Shown here in pieces: positions 37,225 to 45,112 of a DNA stretch of 64,000 bases; position 1 is the stretch's first letter, and each line of letters starts with the position of its first letter. The notes under the pieces are model-generated. The model made no database searches. It saw nothing but the letters and a program-made list of their open reading frames with translations, and was not told where the DNA came from. Location of the stretch: NCBI GenBank assembly GCA_963666485.2, contig CAXXUO010000009.1, forward strand, positions 1 to 64,000, given 5' to 3'. A program made the position numbers and the translations under genes. The DNA is from Syntrophorhabdaceae bacterium. Its GTDB lineage: Bacteria > Desulfobacterota > Syntrophorhabdia > Syntrophorhabdales > Syntrophorhabdaceae.

Positions 37225-38595
37225 ATGAAAAGATTTATTGCCGTACTGATGCTTTTAAGTTTCATCGCAATGCCCGCCGTGATGTTCGCGCAGGCGCAGA
37301 CCCAGCCCGCAGACGTCAAGCAGCAGCAGGCGGTCGAAGCATCGGACGCTAAGAAGGCACCTGCCAAGGCCGACACCGGCGACACGGCGTGGATGATCGT
37401 GGCGACCGCGCTTGTCATGCTGATGACGCCGGGCCTTGCCTTCTTTTACGGCGGCATGGTCGGGAGAAAGAACATTCTCGGTATCCTGATGCAGTGTTTT
37501 ACGATCCTGTGCCTCATCAGTGTCCAATGGGTGCTCTACGGGTACAGCCTGTCTTTCGCACCCGGAAAGGGCTTCTGGGGAGGCCTCGAGTGGGTGGGGC
37601 TTGCCGGTGTGGGGGCCGCCCCGTTCGCGGATTATGCCCCGACCATCTCGCATCAGCTCTTCATGGTATTCCAGATGATGTTCGCCATCATCACGCCTGC
37701 CCTGATCATCGGGGCCTTCGCGGAACGGATGAAGTTCTCGGCGTTCGTCATCTTCATTCTTCTCTGGGCCACGTTCGTCTATGACCCTGTCTGCCACTGG
37801 GTATGGGGTGTCGGCGGGTGGCTCAAGGAACTCGGCGCCCTCGATTTTGCGGGCGGTACGGTCATTCACATCAACGCCGGCATTGCCGCGCTCATGACGG
37901 CAATATTCATCGGGAAACGCAAGGGAGTGGTAAATCACTCGATACTGCCCCACAATCTGCCCTTCACGATCCTGGGGACCGCACTCTTGTGGTTCGGGTG
38001 GTTCGGCTTTAACGCGGGATCGTCCCTCGGGGCAAACGACGTGGCGGTCAATGCCTTTATCGTCACCAATACGGCTGCGGCCGCGGCAGGCTTGAGCTGG
38101 GCCATCATCGACTGGATATTCAACAAGAAACCCACGATGCTCGGAATGGCGACGGGAGCGGTGGGCGGACTTGTCGCCATCACCCCGGCCGCCGGTTTCG
38201 TGAGCCCCGTTTCCGCGATCATTATCGGCTTCGTCGTCAGCATTATCTGCTACTTTGCCGTGGCATACATCAAACCGCGGCTCGGCTATGACGATGCACT
38301 CGACGTCTTTGGCGTCCACTGCATCGGCGGCATCTGGGGCGCCCTCGCCACAGGGCTTTTCGCTTCGAAGGCCGTAAATCCCGCCGGGGCTGACGGGCTT
38401 TTCTTCGGCAACCCGAAACAGCTGCTGATCCAGGCGATCACGGTCGCTGTGACGCTTGCCTACAGCTTCGTCGCCAGTTTCGTCATATACAAGCTCATCG
38501 ATGTCGTCATGAAGGTGCGTGTGCGGGAAAAAGACGAGATCATAGGCCTTGACCTGACCCAGCACCACGAAAAAGCATATACCGTCCTGGAATAG
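37225..38595 (+). CDS. amtB: Ammonium transporter
   Basis: MTPGLAFFYGG, FQMMFAIITPAL, DFAGGTVIHINAG, WFGWFGFNAGS, DDALDVFGVH. Confidence 0.96.
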   Translation: MKRFIAVLMLLSFIAMPAVMFAQAQTQPADVKQQQAVEASDAKKAPAKADTGDTAWMIVATALVMLMTPGLAFFYGGMVGRKNILGILMQCFTILCLISVQWVLYGYSLSFAPGKGFWGGLEWVGLAGVGAAPFADYAPTISHQLFMVFQMMFAIITPALIIGAFAERMKFSAFVIFILLWATFVYDPVCHWVWGVGGWLKELGALDFAGGTVIHINAGIAALMTAIFIGKRKGVVNHSILPHNLPFTILGTALLWFGWFGFNAGSSLGANDVAVNAFIVTNTAAAAAGLSWAIIDWIFNKKPTMLGMATGAVGGLVAITPAAGFVSPVSAIIIGFVVSIICYFAVAYIKPRLGYDDALDVFGVHCIGGIWGALATGLFASKAVNPAGADGLFFGNPKQLLIQAITVAVTLAYSFVASFVIYKLIDVVMKVRVREKDEIIGLDLTQHHEKAYTVLE

Positions 38596-38606
38596 GAGGG
38601 ATAAAA

Positions 38607-38948
38607 ATGAAACTGATCATAGCCATAATTCAACCTGACAGATTGGAAGCGGTAAAACAGGAGCTTTACAAACAGGAGGTCTTCCTCATAACCGTAAACG
38701 AGGTCCTGGGCCACGGACGGCAGATGGGTGTCGCCGAGGTGTACCGGGGAACCAAGGAAATGGGGAACCTGCTGAGGAAGATACGGCTCGAGATCGCCGT
38801 GAACGAGGATTTCGTCGAGAAAACGATAGGCGCCATCGTGAAGGGCGCCCAGACAGGAGAATCCGGGGACGGCAAGATCTTTATCCTCGACCTTGTCGAA
38901 TGCGTCCGGATCCGGACGGAAGAAAGAGGCAATATCGCCATAGGCTAG
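38607..38948 (+). CDS. glnK: P-II nitrogen regulatory protein
   Basis: MKLIIAIIQP, GHGRQ, YRG, TGESGDGKIF, RIRTEE; adjacent to amtB. Confidence 0.95.
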   Translation: MKLIIAIIQPDRLEAVKQELYKQEVFLITVNEVLGHGRQMGVAEVYRGTKEMGNLLRKIRLEIAVNEDFVEKTIGAIVKGAQTGESGDGKIFILDLVECVRIRTEERGNIAIG

Positions 38949-39023
38949 GGCCCGCCCCCTACAAGGGCCTTGCCGGGTAGAAACGCTCATTTTACCTGCG
39001 GCGAACAAACAGGGAGGTTTTGG

Positions 39024-40376
39024 ATGAAAAAGTTAGCTGTTCTCGTTGTCGCGCTGCTCTTTGTGTGCCTTGCCGTGGCCGTATTTGCACAGGAAGGACA
39101 GGAGGCGCCAGCCAAAACCTCCCTCACGCCGCCCGCCGCGCAGGCAGGCAGGATCGATACCGGCGACACCGCGTGGGTCCTTTTTGCAACCGCGCTCGTC
39201 ATGCTGATGACCCCCGGCCTCGCCTTCTTTTACGGGGGCATGGTCGGCAGGAAGAACGTCCTCGGCGTCCTGATGCAGTGCATTATCATCCTGTGCATCA
39301 TAAGCATCCAGTGGGTGCTTTTCGGGTACAGCCTTTCCTTCGGGCCCGCGCGCGGATTCTGGGGGGGGCTTCAGTGGTTTGGGCTCGCAGGCGTCGGGAC
39401 AGCCCCCAATCCCGATTACGCCGCAACGATACCGCACCAGCTTTTCATGGCCTTCCAGATGATGTTCGCGATCATAACCCCCGCCCTCATCATAGGCGCC
39501 TTTGCGGAGCGCATGAAGTTTTCCGCCTTTGTCATCTTCACCATCCTGTGGGCGACCTTCGTCTACGACCCCGTGTGCCGCTGGGTCTGGGGCTCCGGCG
39601 GATGGCTCAAGGAGATGGGTGTCATCGATTTCGCCGGAGGGATAGTCGTCCACATCAACGCGGGGATAGCGGCTCTCATGACGGCTATCTTCATCGGGAA
39701 GCGCAACGGCGGCAGCAAGGCGATCCTTCCGCACAACCTGCCTTTCACCATACTCGGTACGGGCCTTCTCTGGTTCGGGTGGTTCGGTTTCAATGCCGGA
39801 AGTTCGCTCGGCGCAAACGGCATCGCCGTCAACGCATTCGTGGTCACGAACACCGCCGGGGCTGCCGCGGGGCTTACCTGGGCCATCCTGGACCGGGTCT
39901 TCAATGAAAAACCGACAGTGCTCGGAACCGTTACGGGCGCGGTCGGGGGACTCGCCGCCATCACGCCCGCCGCCGGCTACGTCGGACCGTTCTCGGCGAT
40001 CATCATCGGTGTCGTCGTCAGCCTCCTGTGCTACACGGCAGTATCGGTGCTCAAGCCCCGGTTCGGGTATGACGATGCGCTGGACGTCTTCGGGGTCCAC
40101 TGCATCGGGGGTATCTGGGGAACGATCGCAGCCGGGCTTTTCGCCTCGAAGGCAATCAACCCGGACGGCCCGAACGGGCTCTTCTTCGGGAACCCGAAGC
40201 AGTTCTACGTCCAGCTTCTCGCCGCCGGCGTGACCCTCGCCTACAGCTTCATAGCCAGTTTCATCATATACAAGGCCATCGATATTTTCATGCGTGTCCG
40301 CGTCGGGGAAAAGGAAGAGATCATCGGCCTCGACCTTACCCAACACCACGAGAAGGCATACACGGTCCTCGAATAG
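39024..40376 (+). CDS. amtB: Ammonium transporter, second paralogue
   Basis: Same motifs as the first copy and identical C-terminus GLDLTQHHEKAYTVLE; GGAGG RBS. Confidence 0.95.
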   Translation: MKKLAVLVVALLFVCLAVAVFAQEGQEAPAKTSLTPPAAQAGRIDTGDTAWVLFATALVMLMTPGLAFFYGGMVGRKNVLGVLMQCIIILCIISIQWVLFGYSLSFGPARGFWGGLQWFGLAGVGTAPNPDYAATIPHQLFMAFQMMFAIITPALIIGAFAERMKFSAFVIFTILWATFVYDPVCRWVWGSGGWLKEMGVIDFAGGIVVHINAGIAALMTAIFIGKRNGGSKAILPHNLPFTILGTGLLWFGWFGFNAGSSLGANGIAVNAFVVTNTAGAAAGLTWAILDRVFNEKPTVLGTVTGAVGGLAAITPAAGYVGPFSAIIIGVVVSLLCYTAVSVLKPRFGYDDALDVFGVHCIGGIWGTIAAGLFASKAINPDGPNGLFFGNPKQFYVQLLAAGVTLAYSFIASFIIYKAIDIFMRVRVGEKEEIIGLDLTQHHEKAYTVLE

Positions 40377-40659
40377 CGGCAATCCGGAAAATCTCATCAT
40401 TTCACCTGCCGTGCATTAGCGGCAAGCTATTGTTCCCGGTCTCGACATGGTAAATATACCCATATTTTCTACACAATAAATCGATACCACATCCGGCCTC
40501 CATTCATGGTAGCATTAGGCACGATTGAGGTTTAAGGGGGCCTGGGGCATCGCGTCATATTTATCCCGAAAAACCAAAACATGGCCTGTCCCTACCCCCA
40601 GTTTTAAAACCCCCGGCATATCTTAAAAATTAATCATATTTGTCCGCACGTAATTTTAG

Positions 40660-40687
40660 TTGACTTGGCCGGTTCACGGGATACAAT
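40660..40687 (+). promoter_or_regulatory. Putative sigma-70 promoter
   Basis: TTGACT-16 bp-TACAAT upstream of ATG 40715. Confidence 0.45.
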
Positions 40688-40714
40688 AAAATCAGTCCGC
40701 ACCGGGGTCCGCTT

Positions 40715-41506
40715 ATGAATTTTATTGTCTTTTATCTGCTTGTGTTCATCTCCCTGCCGCTCTTCGGGAATTCGGCGCAGGCCGCCGACACGAAACAGCA
40801 ACAGCCCCCGCCGGCGCAAAAGGCCGCTGTGCAGGTCAAGGCCGAGATACGATCGGTAAGCCCGTCGGTCATCCGGACCCAACCGGGAAAAACCGTGTCC
40901 ATAACATTGAACGGTGCGTTCCTCGACAAGGTGTCCGGTATAGTCGTGCTATCCGGCAACAGGAAGGTACCGGATATCCAGGTGACTCTCGGCAGTACCT
41001 CGGATTCAACCCGGCAAGCCTCGCTGCGCGTGGGGCAAAGTGCCAAACCGGGAAAATACGGGGTCCGGGCAACAGCGGCGAACCAGGTGATCGATGTTCC
41101 GCTGAATGTTTTCAGCATAGAGGTCATCCCGGCTGCGCAAGACGGGCCGGGCAGCCCGGCAGGGGCCCGGGGAACGCAGGCCGCTGTGCCGGATACAAAG
41201 CGTGAGCCGACGACAGCAGCGCCCGCGCCTCCGGCTCCCGCATCCGGCAAACCCCAGGCGGCGCAATCCGGCGGGTCTACGACAACACCCGCCATGAAAC
41301 CCGTCGTCGTCGACACTGACAAAATAACGGCGACGGTCAAGGAGACGGCCCCGCCGCTTAAGGCATCGCAGCCCGTCGTAATAACGACGGACAGGATAAC
41401 GGCAACAATAAAACCAACCGCACCGGCGTTATCGGCGACAGAGGCCGTTGTTATCACCACGGACCCACTGACGGCAACCATCAAGAAAACAGAACCCGGT
41501 TATTAG
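40715..41506 (+). CDS. Exported protein: Ig/IPT-like beta domain, Pro/Ala linker, three 24-aa C-terminal repeats
   Basis: Signal peptide AQA; IRSVSPS..PGKTVSITLNG; repeats PVVVDTDKITATVK / PVVITTDRITATIK / AVVITTDPLTATIK. Confidence 0.72.
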   Translation: MNFIVFYLLVFISLPLFGNSAQAADTKQQQPPPAQKAAVQVKAEIRSVSPSVIRTQPGKTVSITLNGAFLDKVSGIVVLSGNRKVPDIQVTLGSTSDSTRQASLRVGQSAKPGKYGVRATAANQVIDVPLNVFSIEVIPAAQDGPGSPAGARGTQAAVPDTKREPTTAAPAPPAPASGKPQAAQSGGSTTTPAMKPVVVDTDKITATVKETAPPLKASQPVVITTDRITATIKPTAPALSATEAVVITTDPLTATIKKTEPGY

Positions 41507-41538
41507 CGGCAGCCGACGTACAGGAAAGAGGAACGACC

Positions 41539-41985
41539 ATGAAGAACAATACAGCAAGAGCAGTTATATTCTTCCTTTGTATCATGCCCGCTATTTTCGT
41601 CTCGATACCCCTCGGTGCGATCGAACTTACCCTCAATATTCCCGTAGAACTGGTAAACATGCCGGACTCGGTCACCGGAGGATACATACGGTGCCAGGCA
41701 CACGGGGCAAACCGGGTGAGCAATGTACAGTACGGCTCACAATTTCTCGGAGAGAATCAAGTTCGTTTCGATATCAAAGGAACATACAAATCAACGGTGA
41801 AGGTCGTTATCAAGAACGAGCAGCCGAATCCCCCGAATGGCCTGGGTTACAAATGCATGTTATTCCTGTTTGACGCATCGCAAAGGAAGGATGCCGCCGG
41901 CTGGCAGACTGCCGGGGCCGTATTGAACAGATACGCTCTGGACACGTCAAAACCGGTGAAATACGAGGTCTCCGGGATAAGGTAA
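41539..41985 (+). CDS. Hypothetical exported protein
   Basis: GAGG RBS, signal-peptide-like N-terminus, two Cys in the mature part. Confidence 0.7.
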   Translation: MKNNTARAVIFFLCIMPAIFVSIPLGAIELTLNIPVELVNMPDSVTGGYIRCQAHGANRVSNVQYGSQFLGENQVRFDIKGTYKSTVKVVIKNEQPNPPNGLGYKCMLFLFDASQRKDAAGWQTAGAVLNRYALDTSKPVKYEVSGIR

Positions 41986-42043
41986 CAATTGTCCGGGCGC
42001 ATCTGACCGTGAAACGTATCGAGGAACCGGAAGAGTCTACGGA

Positions 42044-43387
42044 ATGAAAAAGATCAAATTTCGTGATGTTACGGCCCGTGAATTTTCCCGCTTCCTCGTC
42101 TTCGGATTATCCATCATTTTTATCGTCTTTCTGCTTTCCTATTACCTGGCTGACCCCCTGCCCCCCGACACCATAACCATGACGACGGGTATCGAAGGTC
42201 TGTCCTATATGAATTTCGGTGCGCGGTACAAAGAGATACTTGCCCGGTCGAAGGTCAAGGTCAGGGTCATCGCGTCCTCGGGGTCGGTCCAGAATTACGA
42301 CCGGCTGAAAGACAAAAACTCGGCGGTTGATGTCGGGTTTGTCCAGACAGGGACGGGATCGGTAAAGGACGCCCCCCATCTGGTCTCGCTTGGAAGCGTG
42401 GCATACAGTCCACTGTGGGTTTTTTACAGGGGCGAGCAGCAATTCGATGATTTTTCTCAGCTGAAGGGTAAAAAGATCGCTATCGGGAGACCCGGCAGCG
42501 GGTTGCGCCGCTTGTCGCTCGAGCTTCTCAAGATTTCGGGGTCTGATTCCTCTCCCACCGTTCTCGCGGACCTCTCCCCCGAGCCCGCATATAAGGCATT
42601 AACTGAGGGCAGGATCGATGTGATGATCGTGATCGGGTCGACAGACAGCAAACTTATCCTCGATATGCTCAATGACCCCCGTGTAAAGCTCATGAACCTT
42701 TCCCAGGCCGAGGCCTATACCCGGCTGTTGCAGGGTCTGTACCATGTCACCCTGCCCCGGGGCGTCGTAAATGTCGGGAAGAGAATACCGGAAACGGACG
42801 TCCATCTCGTGGCCCCCACGACGAACCTCATCGTGCGCAATACCATGCACCCTGCACTCATGTATCTCCTCCTCGACGCCGCCGCGGAGATTCACGGCTC
42901 CGCCGGATGGGTAAGCAAGGCGGGTGAATTCCCTGCCCCCCTGTCCCAGGATTTCCCGTTGAGTGAACAGGCGGAAAAATTCTACAAGTCGGGGCGGCCT
43001 TTTTTCCTCGATTACCTTCCCTTCTGGGCGGCCGTCCTCCTCGACCGGATGGTCAAGGTGTTCCTCCCCGTCCTTGCCGTGATCTTCCCCCTCATGCGGA
43101 TCCTGCCCTGGTTTTATTCCTGGAAGAACCGGTCAAGGATGCGGCGGCTTTACGGTGAATTGAAATTTCTCGAGATCGAGATAGACCGGCAAAACCTGCC
43201 GGGGGACCTTGCCCGCCATGCAGCAGCGCTCGACCGGATCGAGAACGCGGCCACGAGAATAACGGTCCCCGTGAATTTCTATGGTGAACTCTACACCCTG
43301 CGGGAACATATACTGTTCGTTCGCCGGGAATTGGAAAAAAAGGCAGCCGATGCGCAAGACCAGGCCGCAGTGCGGCCTCCTGATTGA
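42044..43387 (+). CDS. TAXI-family (TRAP-associated) solute-binding protein, membrane-anchored form
   Basis: N-terminal TM; SSGSVQN, LKGKKIAIGRPGSG; C-terminal YLPFWAA...LYTLREHI. Confidence 0.8.
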   Translation: MKKIKFRDVTAREFSRFLVFGLSIIFIVFLLSYYLADPLPPDTITMTTGIEGLSYMNFGARYKEILARSKVKVRVIASSGSVQNYDRLKDKNSAVDVGFVQTGTGSVKDAPHLVSLGSVAYSPLWVFYRGEQQFDDFSQLKGKKIAIGRPGSGLRRLSLELLKISGSDSSPTVLADLSPEPAYKALTEGRIDVMIVIGSTDSKLILDMLNDPRVKLMNLSQAEAYTRLLQGLYHVTLPRGVVNVGKRIPETDVHLVAPTTNLIVRNTMHPALMYLLLDAAAEIHGSAGWVSKAGEFPAPLSQDFPLSEQAEKFYKSGRPFFLDYLPFWAAVLLDRMVKVFLPVLAVIFPLMRILPWFYSWKNRSRMRRLYGELKFLEIEIDRQNLPGDLARHAAALDRIENAATRITVPVNFYGELYTLREHILFVRRELEKKAADAQDQAAVRPPD

Positions 43388-43757
43388 GAACTCCGAAGGA
43401 AAAGTGCTCCTGCAGTTAAGGGATGACAAACCGGGCATCCCCTACCCCAATTGCTGGGGTACGTTCGGGGGACAGGTGGAGGCGAACGAATCCCCTGAAG
43501 AAGCGATCAGACGGGAGGTCAGGGAAGAACTCGACTACGAGGCCTCCCGCCCCGAGTATTTCGGCAACTTCCCGTTTGACGGATACGATATACACATGTA
43601 CCGCGTGGTTGACCCGTGCATCAGGCTCGATACAATACGGGTGAGAGAGGGGCAGCGGGGCGGGTTCTTTTCCCTTGACGAGGTCCGCCAGGTCCCATGT
43701 GCCTTTAATTGCCGCGATATTGTCATCGCGTATTTCGCAAAGTACCATTCGCCGTAA
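43350..43757 (+). CDS. NUDIX hydrolase
   Basis: LLQLRDDKPGIPYPNCWGTFGGQVEANESPEEAIRREVREEL Nudix box. Confidence 0.9.
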   Translation: MRKTRPQCGLLIENSEGKVLLQLRDDKPGIPYPNCWGTFGGQVEANESPEEAIRREVREELDYEASRPEYFGNFPFDGYDIHMYRVVDPCIRLDTIRVREGQRGGFFSLDEVRQVPCAFNCRDIVIAYFAKYHSP

Positions 43758-43796
43758 GAGCACCGGCAACATACGTATCGCCGGGAGGGAGAAAGC

Positions 43797-44846
43797 ATGT
43801 TCTGGAAAAAGAAGAAACCTGAGGAACCCGCGGCGCCGCAGCCTCAAGCCCCCGCGGACCGCATCCGGGAGATGGCAAACAGGCTGTGCAGCGAGGACAA
43901 TTTTGACGCATTCGAGTCCGAGCTCCTGAAATTCGATCCCGCGGCCCTGAACGAAAATGAAAGGGAATCCTGGTACCACGGTTACGGAGTCGCGGCTTTC
44001 CGCAGGGGCGACCGCCGGCAGGCATTCGAGCGTTTCCAGGAAGGCGTGAGGCAATGCCCCGATTCGGGGGACCTCCATTTTTCTCTCGGGCAGGAGTATG
44101 AACTGCGTGGTGATGTCGCGAACATGCTCGCCTGTTTCGACAGGGCGTTATTCCCCGGCGTGCCGGGAGATTATATCCTGGCCGAGGCCAGGTATGCGTA
44201 CCTGTGGGACCGGACAGACAAGGCATGGTCTTATATCAATTCCCTGCTGCCGGTCTATTTCCAGCTGAAGGTCCTCGACACCACGTTCCTCATGATGCGC
44301 GGACTGCCTCCCTTCGAACAGGTCTTTGCATACCTCGCAGCATTCTCGCAGCTCAGGGACGATTTTACGGCACTCGAGGAGATCACGGAGAAGGCGTCGA
44401 GGATGAGCAACGATCTCAACTGGGAATTTCTCAAGGCAGAGCTCGAGGGTTTTCGATCGGGTGATTTTTCCGCTCTCAAAAAAATGCTTCGGTCACTGAT
44501 CCACGACTGCATTGCGAAACAATTCCCGTACGGGTACCAGGAAATGCGCCTTAACATCCTCCTCGCCCAGGAGAACGCAGACCTTCTGGAGGCCATGGCT
44601 TCGCTCGACTCGGTCTCGCTGACCGCAAATGACTTTCCCTGGCTCGACGACATGCGCCTTCTCGCGAGGTGCGAGATGATGATGAAGGTCAATAACACTG
44701 AAGAGGAGTCGCTTTTGAAAAAACAATTCCTCGAGCGGCAGCCGTTCCTCTTCGAGCCGGACAATGCGGTCAATTTTAACCTCTTGCGGTACCAGGAAAA
44801 TGTGAAGAAGGAATTTCAGGAGACGCGGCTAACGGCTAACGGCTAA
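43797..44846 (+). CDS. Hypothetical helical/TPR-like protein
   Basis: GGAGG RBS; TPR-like YGVAAFRRGDRRQAFERFQEGVRQCPD...LGQEY. Confidence 0.72.
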   Translation: MFWKKKKPEEPAAPQPQAPADRIREMANRLCSEDNFDAFESELLKFDPAALNENERESWYHGYGVAAFRRGDRRQAFERFQEGVRQCPDSGDLHFSLGQEYELRGDVANMLACFDRALFPGVPGDYILAEARYAYLWDRTDKAWSYINSLLPVYFQLKVLDTTFLMMRGLPPFEQVFAYLAAFSQLRDDFTALEEITEKASRMSNDLNWEFLKAELEGFRSGDFSALKKMLRSLIHDCIAKQFPYGYQEMRLNILLAQENADLLEAMASLDSVSLTANDFPWLDDMRLLARCEMMMKVNNTEEESLLKKQFLERQPFLFEPDNAVNFNLLRYQENVKKEFQETRLTANG

Positions 44847-44951
44847 CGGCTAACGGCTAACGGCTAACGGCTAACGGCTAACGGCTAACGGCTAACGGCT
44901 AACGGCTAACGGCTAACGGCTAACGGCTAACGGCTAACGGCTAACGGCTAA
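44826..44951 (+). repeat. Perfect (CGGCTAA)18 tandem repeat (VNTR)
   Basis: 126 bp = 18 exact heptamers; supplies the TAA stop of the upstream gene. Confidence 0.97.
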
Positions 44952-45112
44952 CAAAAAAATACTCTTTCTTATTTTTTTGTCTACCGATCTTTTTTTTGTG
45001 AGTGAGTTTTTTTCGTTGGCCACAAGCGGTTTGCGGCTCCTTTACGTCTGTTTCTGCTTGTAAAGCAGTGCAAATCACAGGACAATAATCTTTAAAAGAA
45101 CCCGGAGCGTCC

